Assembly (NCBI GenBank): GCA_018221105.1
Contig: JAAOYA010000008.1
Location: forward strand, 192,648 to 256,647
Direction: 5' to 3'
From: Candidatus Woesearchaeota archaeon
Lineage (GTDB): Archaea; Nanobdellota; Nanobdellia; Woesearchaeales; JAAOYA01
Length of the DNA stretch: 64,000 bases
Shown: positions 53,541-63,414 of the stretch, piece by piece
Layout of the letters: each line of letters opens with the position of its first letter
Position numbering within the stretch: position 1 is the stretch's first letter
Position numbers and translations under genes: made by a program
The notes under the pieces: model-generated
Databases searched by the model: none
Told to the model about the DNA's origin: nothing
The model's input: only the letters and a program-made list of their open reading frames with translations

Positions 53541-55332
53541 ATCAAAAGCCAAAAAAGCAAAAACTGAAGATTTGATTATTAATGTTGATTGGTTAAAAAA
53601 AAAGTTTTCTAAGCTGGCTTTTGAAGATAAAGCTTTTCTAGTAGGATTATTTTTTATGATAGTATTACAAACGATTATTTTTTCAAGCTTTAACCATATT
53701 CCAGGTCCGATGTATGGGGGAGATCTTTATAGAGAACGAGGTTTTACTGAACATCTTGTTAGAGGAGGAAATCTTTTTGATGGACCGCAAATCTCTTCTG
53801 ATGTTAAGCCTTATTACCCATGGTTTTCATTTGTTTTAATGTCAACAACTTCTAAAATTACTGGTTTATCAATAGAATGGTTAGTGGTACATTTCCAAAC
53901 TTTAATAATTATTATAGCGTCAATTTATCTTTACTTACTTGCAAACTTATTTTTTAAAAAGAAATACAAATCATTATTTGTTGTTATGACTTTTTGGGCA
54001 ACCCATATAATATTAGACAAGCCCAGCGCAGGTCTGGCTATGGCTTTAGCGATAGGTTTTTTTTATCATTGGCTAAAAAGCAGCAACAAAACAAAAAATT
54101 TCAAGCATCAGATTATTGCAGGGATACTATTGGGTTTAACTGCCCTAAGTCACACTTCGGTTTTTACAACGCTTTTAGCATTGTATTTTTTAAGTCAATT
54201 AACTGAACTAATTTATCAGTTAAAAACGAAAAATTTCAATTTTCGAAAATTTTTACTAGATAATGCTTTCATATTAGGAATTGCTTTTTTTATATCATTA
54301 TTCTATTACGGTCCACTAATTTATTATTATAAGCTTCAAACAATCAATAAAGCTTATGCTTATTCATTAAATGATCCTTACAATCTTGGAGTTTTTTGGA
54401 GTACTTCAGTGGCTTTAAAAATGTTTTTTAATTGGAAAAGTATATTAGTAGCAATAACTGGAGTAGTCGCTCTATTAGGTTTTATAAGCACACTGTTACA
54501 ATTTAAAAAATCAGTTAAGTATCGATTGTTAGTTTATGTTTTTGTTGGTACCATCATAGCTGCAGCGCATTATCTTATAACAATTCCATTATTTAATGAA
54601 TGGGCGCAGCCAGATCACTTTTTTGTGTTTTTGTTTTTGCCAAAAGCTTTTTTTATTGTTTTAGGGACTGAATTGTTAGCAAACACCATATCAAAAAATA
54701 TTAAACAGTCGATTGACGCAAAAAAAATATTTGTTTTAATAATGCTATGTTTAGTTGTTCCAACATTGTTTGTCACAGTAAAAGCCTATAATAACAATCA
54801 ATGGGTTAATTATGCTCAACAAATTGATTCAGTATCAACGGCAGTATTGCAAACTGGAGAGTGGGTTAAACAAAATACTGATGTTTATGATGTATTTTTG
54901 ACTACTGACGAAAGCGCTTTTGCCCTAAATGGTGTTAGCGGCGCAAAAGTTGTTTTTTCGAGAAGAGTTCACGCTAATTATTTTATTGATATTGAACAAT
55001 TATATGCTGATGGCATTGTAATGTTGTATACTGCTGATGAAGAAATTCAAAAAAAATTGCTTGACGAGTATAATGTTAAATATTTATATTTAGATGCTTA
55101 TAGTTATCAATCACCAATGATAGTTGATAAAAAATATGCAGGTTACTTGCAAGAAAACAATATTAATTATACTAAAGCAATAGTAAGATTAGATCCTTCA
55201 ACAACCAAGGCTCCAACAACAGAAGCTTTAGTAATCCCAGTACAAAATTTTACAGTTGTAAAATTTTTCGAACCCTTGATAGGTTTTAGTGCTGGTAATC
55301 AACAATTTTCAATGATTTATAGTAGAAAATGA
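53503..55332 (+). CDS. polytopic membrane protein, putative GT-C-fold glycosyltransferase
   Basis: 609 aa, more than 10 TMs, periplasmic-type C-terminal domain. Placed between AglB and a methyltransferase. No diagnostic motif recognised. Confidence 0.35.
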   Translation: MFGRLIGKQMKTKSKAKKAKTEDLIINVDWLKKKFSKLAFEDKAFLVGLFFMIVLQTIIFSSFNHIPGPMYGGDLYRERGFTEHLVRGGNLFDGPQISSDVKPYYPWFSFVLMSTTSKITGLSIEWLVVHFQTLIIIIASIYLYLLANLFFKKKYKSLFVVMTFWATHIILDKPSAGLAMALAIGFFYHWLKSSNKTKNFKHQIIAGILLGLTALSHTSVFTTLLALYFLSQLTELIYQLKTKNFNFRKFLLDNAFILGIAFFISLFYYGPLIYYYKLQTINKAYAYSLNDPYNLGVFWSTSVALKMFFNWKSILVAITGVVALLGFISTLLQFKKSVKYRLLVYVFVGTIIAAAHYLITIPLFNEWAQPDHFFVFLFLPKAFFIVLGTELLANTISKNIKQSIDAKKIFVLIMLCLVVPTLFVTVKAYNNNQWVNYAQQIDSVSTAVLQTGEWVKQNTDVYDVFLTTDESAFALNGVSGAKVVFSRRVHANYFIDIEQLYADGIVMLYTADEEIQKKLLDEYNVKYLYLDAYSYQSPMIVDKKYAGYLQENNINYTKAIVRLDPSTTKAPTTEALVIPVQNFTVVKFFEPLIGFSAGNQQFSMIYSRK

Positions 55333-55982
55333 AAGATTTAAAAAAATTATACAAACGTCGCTTTGGGAAAAAAATAGAGTTTAGAAAAGAATTGTATAAA
55401 ATATTATGTAACGATTTCTACCAACAGTACATTCCAAAAAATGCTGTTTTGTTAGAGATTGGCGCTGGTTATTGTGAGTTTATCAATACTATAAAAGCTA
55501 AAAAAAAGATTGCTGTAGATTTAAACCCTGATATTAAAAGTTTCGCCAAAAAAGATGTGCAAGTAATTCTTACAAGTTCTACAAATCTTAAAAAAATAAA
55601 AAGTTCAAGCATTGACGTAGTATACACTAGTAATTTGTTTGAGCACATAAAAAAAGATGATATTATCAAAACTGTTAGTGAAATACACAGGGTTTTAAAA
55701 AAAGGTGGTAAAATTCTTATTTTGCAGCCTAACATTAGATATTGTTATAAAGATTATTGGATGTTCTTTGATCATATAACACCACTTGATGATCGTAGTG
55801 TTGTAGAAATTTTAGAGATTAATAATTTTAGAATTGTTGAAAACAGACCAAAGTTTTTGCCATACACGACAATTAGTAGGCTTCCAAAGTCGGGGTTATT
55901 GCTTAAGATTTATTTGAGAATACCATTATTGCAAAAGATTTTTGGAAAACAAGCTTTTATTTACGCTATAAAAAATGTCTAA
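55329..55982 (+). CDS. class I SAM-dependent methyltransferase
   Basis: LLEIGAGYCEF (motif I) and VLKKGGKILILQP (motif post-II/III). 217 aa. ATGA overlap upstream. Confidence 0.6.
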   Translation: MKDLKKLYKRRFGKKIEFRKELYKILCNDFYQQYIPKNAVLLEIGAGYCEFINTIKAKKKIAVDLNPDIKSFAKKDVQVILTSSTNLKKIKSSSIDVVYTSNLFEHIKKDDIIKTVSEIHRVLKKGGKILILQPNIRYCYKDYWMFFDHITPLDDRSVVEILEINNFRIVENRPKFLPYTTISRLPKSGLLLKIYLRIPLLQKIFGKQAFIYAIKNV

Positions 55983-57672
55983 ACTAATAATTAATAAAAA
56001 AAGCTTAGTTTATGTTGTGATAATTTTATTTTTGATAACTGGTTTTTTTGTGAGGTTTTTGCCTTTTACACAAGGTGATGTTCAATCTGATCAATTACCA
56101 GTGGTTGTCACTTTTGATAATTTTTATCATCCGCATGTTGCTAAATGGTTTTATGATAGCGAGCAAGCAAAGTACACAATGCCTTTTAAAGTTTTAAACT
56201 ATCAGGGGATTAATCTTATGCCGCCGATATTTTATGTTTTAGAAGCAAGCTTTGCAAAAGTTAGTGGTTTAAGTTTTTACCAGAGTTATTTTTTCTTTTT
56301 GTGCGCGCTTTTGGTTTTTACTTCTTTGCAGGCATACTTAATTGCAAAACGTTTTTTTGGCTCTGATGTTGGTCTGGTGACTTTTGCGTTAACATTGTTT
56401 CCTGCAATGGCTTATTATTTTGTTTTGCTTATTGGTTTTTCGCTTGATATTGGAGGATTTTTTTTCTCTTTAGCAACAATTTACTTGTTTATTATCAATA
56501 TTAAAAAAGATAATTTGTGGCTTTCGATAATTATTGGTTTACTGTTAGCAGCTTCTTTTTTAATTCACGTTGTAGAATCAATTGCGTTAATTGTTTCGTT
56601 TTTTTTAGTTTTGGGGGTATTTTATGCTCTAAAAAAAGTTAGTTTTAAGTCTGCACTTTATCAACAATCAACCATCATTGTAAGTTTTTTGCTGGTTATT
56701 GCTTATGTTTTACCATTATTATTTCAAGGTTTGCTCTACGTTGCTCCAACTAGTGGTTCTGTTGGAGAAAAATTTCTTTCAGTAGGCCTAAAACATCAAG
56801 TTCCACAATATTATGCAAAAACAACTCTTTCAGGGTTGATATTATTGTTTACTGTTATTGGTTTATTAGTAATCGCTTTTAATTATAAAAAAATAATAAA
56901 AGATAATCAAAAAATGTCTATACTGATTGTTTTATTATCTATTGTGATTGCTAGTTCTGTTTGGAAGATAGGTATTAACCCTATTAGAAGTTATAGAATC
57001 GGTTACTGGGCTTATTATTTGTTAATGCTTTTGCCGGCAATAGCAATTTGTACTATTGCACAAAGTGTTAAAAAAAATGTTTTAATAAAATTTGTCATGA
57101 TAATATTATTAGCAGGGCTGATAATACTGCCTCAGACAAGTAGTTCTTATGAACAATTAAAAGCCGTTGATGCTAATCCTTTAGTAAACACTAATGGTTG
57201 GAATGCTATAAAATTTGTAAGGGATAACACTCCAGTAAACACTACTCTTTTTGAGTTGTATGGTTTTGAGCATGAATATGGAATGTTGAGTGAGAGAGTT
57301 TTGCTAAAAGGCGATTTGAATCTTGGCGATACAGTAAAAAATATGGAGTTTTTGTGCCAAGGTGAATTTCCCGAATCTTTTATTGTTCAGTTGAGTGTTT
57401 GGAATTGGTACAAAAATAATAGTTTAATCCCTACAAAAAGGGTTGGTTTTTCAAGTTTTGAAAGTGAAAAAATTTACTTGCCAAATAAAAATGATCAAAT
57501 TTCAAAGTTTGAAAAATATCAAAATTATTCTTATAGTGAGCTTGACTATGTTGTAGCGCGCTATCGTAACACTCAAGCAGATTCTTGTATTGCATTTTTT
57601 ATCAATGAGTCCGTAGAGCGTGGCGCTAACATTGTGTATTTGAATGATGAGTTTATAGTTTTAAAAACATGA
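55975..57672 (+). CDS. polytopic membrane protein, putative GT-C-fold glycosyltransferase (paralogous in architecture to 53503-55332)
   Basis: 565 aa, more than 10 TMs followed by a soluble C-terminal domain. Confidence 0.35.
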   Translation: MSKLIINKKSLVYVVIILFLITGFFVRFLPFTQGDVQSDQLPVVVTFDNFYHPHVAKWFYDSEQAKYTMPFKVLNYQGINLMPPIFYVLEASFAKVSGLSFYQSYFFFLCALLVFTSLQAYLIAKRFFGSDVGLVTFALTLFPAMAYYFVLLIGFSLDIGGFFFSLATIYLFIINIKKDNLWLSIIIGLLLAASFLIHVVESIALIVSFFLVLGVFYALKKVSFKSALYQQSTIIVSFLLVIAYVLPLLFQGLLYVAPTSGSVGEKFLSVGLKHQVPQYYAKTTLSGLILLFTVIGLLVIAFNYKKIIKDNQKMSILIVLLSIVIASSVWKIGINPIRSYRIGYWAYYLLMLLPAIAICTIAQSVKKNVLIKFVMIILLAGLIILPQTSSSYEQLKAVDANPLVNTNGWNAIKFVRDNTPVNTTLFELYGFEHEYGMLSERVLLKGDLNLGDTVKNMEFLCQGEFPESFIVQLSVWNWYKNNSLIPTKRVGFSSFESEKIYLPNKNDQISKFEKYQNYSYSELDYVVARYRNTQADSCIAFFINESVERGANIVYLNDEFIVLKT

Positions 57673-58079
57673 AAAAGAAAAAAAGAAAAGCGACAACTGC
57701 TAAAAAGCAAAATGATTGGGTTTTTGCATTAACAGAAGATTTAATGCCATTAAAATATGTGTTATATGGTATTTTGTTTTTTGGTTTTGCTATGTTGGTT
57801 TTTACTAACCTAACATTTGTTGAAGTTTTACAGTTAATGATTGCTATCTTTTTGTTTTTTTTCCTTGCAGGATATTCAATACTATTAAATTTTGATTTTG
57901 ATACTGATGAAAGAATCATTTTGGGCATTCCGTTAAGTGTTGCTTTAATTGGCTTAACAGTTTATTATTTGAATGTTTTTTTTGGTATTGCTATGAGCGC
58001 GTACACTGTTATTTTGGTAATAATTTTTTATTTTGCGACAGGCTTTTTAATAAAAAACAAATCTTTACTAAAAAAATGA
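57669..58079 (+). CDS. small integral membrane protein
   Basis: 136 aa, basic N-terminus then 3 or so TMs. ATGA overlaps on both sides. Confidence 0.3.
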   Translation: MKKKKRKATTAKKQNDWVFALTEDLMPLKYVLYGILFFGFAMLVFTNLTFVEVLQLMIAIFLFFFLAGYSILLNFDFDTDERIILGIPLSVALIGLTVYYLNVFFGIAMSAYTVILVIIFYFATGFLIKNKSLLKK

Positions 58080-59143
58080 GCAAAATTAGTCTTGTAGCAG
58101 TTGAGAAGTTAGAAAAAAGAACTAAAAAAGAGTTTTTTGATTTAGTAGAAAAAGTAATGGTTAATGCTAATTGGAAAAAGCATATTAAAGGGAAAAAGGT
58201 TTTTTTCAAGCTTAATTGTTTGTCTGATCAATTAGTTCCTGGGCAGTGTACTGGCCCTTGGGTTTTTGAAGCTGTAATAAAAGTGGTCAAAAAAGGATTG
58301 CCAAAGGCTAAATTGTACGCTGGTGATGCTGATGTTGCAACAGCCAGGCAATTAGAGACTTGTTCGCGTATTTGGGGTTACAGGAGTATTTGTAAGCGCT
58401 ATGGTGTTAAATTTGTTAATTTGTCAAAGCAACAAGAAGTTACTGTGGATGTTAAAGGTAAAATTTTTACTAAGATACAATTACCAAAAATATTAACAGA
58501 AGTTGACTCTTTAGTGACACTTCCGGTTTTGAAAACTCATAATGTTACAGCAATGACTTTTTCTTTAAAGAATCAGTGGGGTTGTCTGACAAGAGTTCGA
58601 CACCAATATCATTTGGTTGCAGGACAATGCATTGCAGAGATTAATAAATTCTTAAAACCGGTGTTTGCTGTTGGTGACGCTACAGTTTGTTTAGAAGATA
58701 GTGGTCCGCGTGTAGGAATTCCAAAAATTGTTGATACATTACTAGCATCGGCTGACTTAGTAGCAATAGACACTGTTGGTGCTAAAATTATTGGTTTAAA
58801 CTACCAAAAAGTCCCTCATATTGTTAATTCTGAAAAAATTGGTGTTGGAAGTACTAATTACAAAATAGTGGGCTCAAAACCAAAAAATGAAGGTTTTATG
58901 CCTGCGATAATAGAAAATCATCCGATTGTCAAGTGGGAGATAAGACTTCGAAAAGTTTGGGGATTAAAATGGTTGTTGTTTAAAACACCACTTTTTAAGA
59001 TTCCGGCGTTTTTCGCGGCAAAATATAATAGTATTTGGTGGTATAACTTAAAAGGGAAAAAGTATGCTCGTGAGCTTGTACAAAAAGATTCTCTTTACTG
59101 TGAAGAATTTTTGCCACTTTTGCAAAAGATTAATAAAATATAA
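58076..59143 (+). CDS. DUF362-domain protein
   Basis: CLEDSGPRVGIPKIVDTLLASADLVAIDTVGAKIIGLN matches the DUF362 core as I remember it. Paralogue at 61471-62559 shares ...GDGAGPRTMIPKIKNYILASSDQVAIDAISAKMMGYD. Confidence 0.5.
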   Translation: MSKISLVAVEKLEKRTKKEFFDLVEKVMVNANWKKHIKGKKVFFKLNCLSDQLVPGQCTGPWVFEAVIKVVKKGLPKAKLYAGDADVATARQLETCSRIWGYRSICKRYGVKFVNLSKQQEVTVDVKGKIFTKIQLPKILTEVDSLVTLPVLKTHNVTAMTFSLKNQWGCLTRVRHQYHLVAGQCIAEINKFLKPVFAVGDATVCLEDSGPRVGIPKIVDTLLASADLVAIDTVGAKIIGLNYQKVPHIVNSEKIGVGSTNYKIVGSKPKNEGFMPAIIENHPIVKWEIRLRKVWGLKWLLFKTPLFKIPAFFAAKYNSIWWYNLKGKKYARELVQKDSLYCEEFLPLLQKINKI

Positions 59144-59173
59144 CCTATTTTTTTAAGTTTAGGGGGTTAAACA

Positions 59174-60460
59174 GTGAAAATTGTAATTTTGGGTGGTGGG
59201 CTTGCAGGATTAGCAGCAGGTGATATTCTATCAAAATATCATCAAGTGTTAATACTTGAAAAAAATAGTTTTTTAGGTGGTTTAGCAGCTAGTTTTAAAC
59301 AATCAAATGAGTGGATTCCACTATACTATCATCACGTGATAAAACATAACACTATAACTCAACAGTTCTTGAATCGTTTTAATCTGTTAAAAAATGCTGT
59401 TTGGAAAAAAATCAAGGTTGTGATTGGTGTTAAAACAAGAATTCATGATATTACAAACCCTTTTGGACTGTTAGGTTTTAATTATATTAGTTTGTGGGGG
59501 CGCTTGCGTTTTGGAATTTTTGGCTTGTACGCATTATTTTTTCTAAATCCTGAAAAGTTATCTGATAAACTTGACGCTAAAACTTGGTTGTATAAATTTG
59601 GCGGTAAAGAAGTTACAGGAAAAATTTTTGAAAATCTTTATGCTCGCAACAAATTTAATGTTCCGCTACAAACTATTAGTGCAAAACAATTAGCTAATCG
59701 TCTAAAAGAGCGAGAAGTTTATGATTATTTTACTTACCCGCCTAAAGGATTACAATTGATGATTGATGGACTTGAAAAAACAATAAAAAAAAATAAAGGC
59801 ATCATAACAAAAAATGCCAGTGTTGTAAGTATTGATTTGAAAAAACAAAAAATTGTTGTCAATGGCAAAACAAAAAGTTTTGATTTGTTAATCAACACAA
59901 TTCCAATACCAGAATTTCTAAAACTCACTAAAGGCTTACCACAAGATTATACTTTACAACTTTCAAAATTGCGCTATTGTCCACTTGTTAACGTGACTTT
60001 TGGAACTAAAGAATTTCTTGATAATCGTTATTATTGGACTAACTTGTTTGGCGAGCGAGTACATACTTTATTTCAGCATTCAATACTTTGTGATAAGTAC
60101 TCTAGTAAAATAAACTGGGTTTTGCGCTACGGTGGTAGTGAAGAGGACTTTAAATTATCAGATAATCAAATAATCACTGATTATTTGGAAACTGTAAAAA
60201 AATATTTTCCAAAAATGCAAGTCACGTGGGCTAAAGTTTTTCGTGAAAAGTACGGAGAGCCAATTTATGATAAAGAGTTCGAAAATTATAAACCACACTA
60301 CATAACTCCAGTTAAAGGATTGTACATGGCAGGAATACAAGTAACACACCCAAAAATTCGCAATATGAACTCTGCTCTTGAAAGCGGCCAAATTGTTGCA
60401 AAAATAATTAGTGATGAATTAAAAGAAATCAAAAGCTTCAAAAATAAACAAAAAAAATAG
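59174..60460 (+). CDS. FAD-dependent oxidoreductase (Rossmann GR2 / amine-oxidase / UDP-galactopyranose-mutase-like fold)
   Basis: MKIVILGGGLAGLAAG dinucleotide-binding motif at the N-terminus. 428 aa. Confidence 0.55.
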   Translation: MKIVILGGGLAGLAAGDILSKYHQVLILEKNSFLGGLAASFKQSNEWIPLYYHHVIKHNTITQQFLNRFNLLKNAVWKKIKVVIGVKTRIHDITNPFGLLGFNYISLWGRLRFGIFGLYALFFLNPEKLSDKLDAKTWLYKFGGKEVTGKIFENLYARNKFNVPLQTISAKQLANRLKEREVYDYFTYPPKGLQLMIDGLEKTIKKNKGIITKNASVVSIDLKKQKIVVNGKTKSFDLLINTIPIPEFLKLTKGLPQDYTLQLSKLRYCPLVNVTFGTKEFLDNRYYWTNLFGERVHTLFQHSILCDKYSSKINWVLRYGGSEEDFKLSDNQIITDYLETVKKYFPKMQVTWAKVFREKYGEPIYDKEFENYKPHYITPVKGLYMAGIQVTHPKIRNMNSALESGQIVAKIISDELKEIKSFKNKQKK

Positions 60461-60469
60461 TGATAAATA

Positions 60470-61156
60470 ATGACTGGCAAAAAAGTTTTCATTGTAATAC
60501 CTGCATATAACGAAGCAAAAGCTATTAGCAAAGTTTTAGATGACCTTAAAAAAAATGGTTACAGAAATATTATTGTAGTTGATGATTGCAGCAGTGATGA
60601 TACTGCAATTGTTGCAAGACACCACAAAGCTATTGTTTTAAAACATATTATCAATAGAGGACAAGGAGCAGCATTAAAAACAGGCACTGACGCAGGGCTA
60701 AATCTTGGAGCTGAATTCATTGTTCACTTTGATGCTGATGGTCAAATGCGTGTTGTTGACATTAAAAAATTATTAACTCCTTTAATTGCTAAAAAAGCCG
60801 ATGTTGTACTAGGATCTCGTTTTTTAGGTCAAAAAGCTAAAAACATGCCATTTTCAAAAAAAATCAGTTTACAACTTGGCAGAATTGTAGTTTTTGCACT
60901 TTATGGGCTTTGGCTTAGTGATTCACAATCAGGCTTTAGAGTAATAAATCGCAAAGCAGCACAAAATATTAAAATTACTGCTGATAGAATGGAACACGCC
61001 GGCGAAATACTTGGTGAGATAAAAAAGAAAAAGCTTCGATTAGTAGAAGTTGCAGTAACTATTTTATATACTGATTATTCAATACAAAAAGGTCAAAGTT
61101 GGTCGAGAGGGCCGGCACTAGGGTTGAAAATGCTTTTAAGGAGGTTACTAAAATAA
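60470..61156 (+). CDS. GT2-family glycosyltransferase (dolichyl-phosphate sugar synthase-like)
   Basis: IVIPAYNEA, VVDDCSSDDT (DxD region), HFDADGQ, catalytic GSRF. 228 aa. Confidence 0.75.
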   Translation: MTGKKVFIVIPAYNEAKAISKVLDDLKKNGYRNIIVVDDCSSDDTAIVARHHKAIVLKHIINRGQGAALKTGTDAGLNLGAEFIVHFDADGQMRVVDIKKLLTPLIAKKADVVLGSRFLGQKAKNMPFSKKISLQLGRIVVFALYGLWLSDSQSGFRVINRKAAQNIKITADRMEHAGEILGEIKKKKLRLVEVAVTILYTDYSIQKGQSWSRGPALGLKMLLRRLLK

Positions 61157-61157
61157 A

Positions 61158-61496
61158 ATGTTACAAGTCTATCAAATAATTGTTTTTATATTTGCACTTT
61201 TTGCTCTTTCAAGAGCAATTTTACGCGCTAAAGAATCAAAAATCACTAGAGGAGAATTATACTTTTGGAGTCTTTTATGGCTTGGCGTACTAGTTTTGAC
61301 TTTTCTGCCATCATTTAGTGATATTCTAGCAGATTATGCTGGAATTGGTAGGGGAGCTGATTTACTAGTTTACGCTTCTGTATTATTGCTTTTTTATTTA
61401 ATGTTCAGATTATACGTCAAAATTGATAAAACAGAACAAGAAATCACAAAATTAGTACAAAAAGTAGCTTATGAAAATGTCAAAAAGAAAAAATAA
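61158..61496 (+). CDS. small membrane protein (DUF2304-like companion of GT2 enzymes)
   Basis: 112 aa, 3 TMs. Position immediately after a GtrB-like GT2 gene. Confidence 0.35.
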   Translation: MLQVYQIIVFIFALFALSRAILRAKESKITRGELYFWSLLWLGVLVLTFLPSFSDILADYAGIGRGADLLVYASVLLLFYLMFRLYVKIDKTEQEITKLVQKVAYENVKKKK

Positions 61497-62559
61497 AGCA
61501 AAAGTAGCTGTGCTTAAAACTCGTTCATCAACAGTTATTGATGACTATAAAGAGTTAATGCACTTGGCAGATTACCAAAAAGCACTGCCAAAAAAGTATG
61601 AAACATTATTAAAACTTAATCTTTCATGGTCTTTGTATTATCCTGCTTGCTCTACACAGCCGTGGCAGCTAGAAGGAGTTTTAAAAACATTGGTAGATGA
61701 CGGCTATAAAAACTTGCACCCTGTAGAAAACAGGACTGTAGTCACTGATGTCTGGAAGGGAGCGCAAGGTAATAAATGGTTGCCAATACTAAAAAAGTAT
61801 AATCAAAAGTATGAGCCTTTAACAGAGGTTGAGTGGGTTAAGTTTAAGCCAAAGAGTCATATGCTTGCAATGAATCACTTGTATGAGGGAACGCATAAAA
61901 TCCCTAAAATGTTTATGTCAAAAAATGTTATTCATTTTCCAACAATCAAAACTCATGGTCATACTGTGATGACTGGAGCTATGAAAAACGCTTTTGGAGG
62001 TCTTATTACGACCCGGCGTCATCACTCTCATAAAATGATTCACGAAGTCTTGGTTGACTTGTTGCAAATCCAAAAAGAGATTCACCCAGGAATTTTTGCA
62101 GTAATGGATGGTACTGTTACGGGTGATGGTGCTGGTCCGCGTACAATGATTCCGAAAATAAAAAATTATATTCTAGCAAGCAGTGATCAGGTAGCGATTG
62201 ACGCTATAAGCGCTAAAATGATGGGCTATGACCCTATGCGCATAAAGTTTATCAAACTAGCTCATGATATGGGATTGGGCATTGGTGATGTTGACCAAAT
62301 AGAAATTGTTGGTGAAGACATAAAAAATGTCAATTTTAATTTTACTACCAAAAAAAGCCCTGTGATTTTTTGGGATCAAATGCTTAGAAAAAAAATAAAG
62401 TTTATAGAACCTCTTTTGTTTCACACGCCACTTTTCAAGCTTGCAATTTTTGGCAGTGCTTTTTATCATGATCATATTTGGTACAATATTGTCGGACGAC
62501 ATCGAATTAATAAGTTTATGAAAACACCTTGGGGGAGACTATGGCAAAAATACAAGTAA
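61471..62559 (+). CDS. DUF362-domain protein (second copy)
   Basis: See 58076-59143. 362 aa. Confidence 0.5.
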   Translation: MKMSKRKNKAKVAVLKTRSSTVIDDYKELMHLADYQKALPKKYETLLKLNLSWSLYYPACSTQPWQLEGVLKTLVDDGYKNLHPVENRTVVTDVWKGAQGNKWLPILKKYNQKYEPLTEVEWVKFKPKSHMLAMNHLYEGTHKIPKMFMSKNVIHFPTIKTHGHTVMTGAMKNAFGGLITTRRHHSHKMIHEVLVDLLQIQKEIHPGIFAVMDGTVTGDGAGPRTMIPKIKNYILASSDQVAIDAISAKMMGYDPMRIKFIKLAHDMGLGIGDVDQIEIVGEDIKNVNFNFTTKKSPVIFWDQMLRKKIKFIEPLLFHTPLFKLAIFGSAFYHDHIWYNIVGRHRINKFMKTPWGRLWQKYK

Positions 62560-63413
62560 AAATTAAAGAGTACATTAAATTATTGAGGCCTTGGCAGTAT
62601 TATAAAAATAGTGTTATTTTTTTGCCATTAATTTTTGGCGGTTTATTATTTGACGTTGATGCTTTTTTCAAAGTGTTATTAGGTTTTTTAACACTATCCA
62701 TAATATCTTCCGCAAACTATATTTTCAATGACATACTTGATTTGAAGGCCGACAGATTAAACCCTGAAAAAAAGAATCGTCCACTAGCAACAAAAAAAAT
62801 CAGCACAACAAACGCTGCAATACTAGCAGCAACCTTAGGGTTTTCTGGTTTGATAATCGCGTTTTTTTTAAGCTTTAATTTTTTTATTGTAAGCCTGCTT
62901 CTAGTCACTTTAACCACAGTGTATAGTGTGTGGTTAAAAAAAGAAATGTTTGCAGATATTTTAATAATAGCAACAAACTTTGTTTTGCGAACACTCTCAG
63001 GAGCATATGTTATTTCTGTTGCGGTTTCACACTGGCTTATACTAGTACCGTTCTTTTTAGCACTTTTTTTAGCTACTGGAAAAAGAGAGTCTGAACTAAA
63101 ATTTTTAGGCAAAAAAGCATTACAGCACAAAAAAGTATTAGAATATTATACTCCAGAATTGACAAGTGCTCTAACAATTATTAGTACAACATTAGTGATT
63201 ATTTCATACTCACTATACATCTTTTTTAGCGCTCATCGCTGGTTGTTTATAACTTTACCAGGAGCATTATATTTAGTGTTTCGTTATTTGAATCTGATTA
63301 AAACCGGTGATAAAAAAAGTCGTAATACTCACTTAGTGTTTTTTGATAGTAGAATACTGCTTGTAAGTATTGCAACAAGCATTATAGCACTTTGGGCTAT
63401 TTACTTAGTATAA
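62529..63413 (+). CDS. UbiA-family prenyltransferase (polyprenyl-phosphate/lipid-carrier modifying)
   Basis: NDILDLKADRLNPEKKNRPLAT gives the NDxxDxxxD Asp-rich motif followed by RPL. About 8 TMs. 294 aa. Confidence 0.65.
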   Translation: MGETMAKIQVKIKEYIKLLRPWQYYKNSVIFLPLIFGGLLFDVDAFFKVLLGFLTLSIISSANYIFNDILDLKADRLNPEKKNRPLATKKISTTNAAILAATLGFSGLIIAFFLSFNFFIVSLLLVTLTTVYSVWLKKEMFADILIIATNFVLRTLSGAYVISVAVSHWLILVPFFLALFLATGKRESELKFLGKKALQHKKVLEYYTPELTSALTIISTTLVIISYSLYIFFSAHRWLFITLPGALYLVFRYLNLIKTGDKKSRNTHLVFFDSRILLVSIATSIIALWAIYLV

Positions 63414-63414
63414 A

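Noticed and set aside
62717-63130. 137-aa minus-strand ORF
   Set aside because: Antisense to the UbiA prenyltransferase gene, which has a clear Asp-rich motif in the plus frame.
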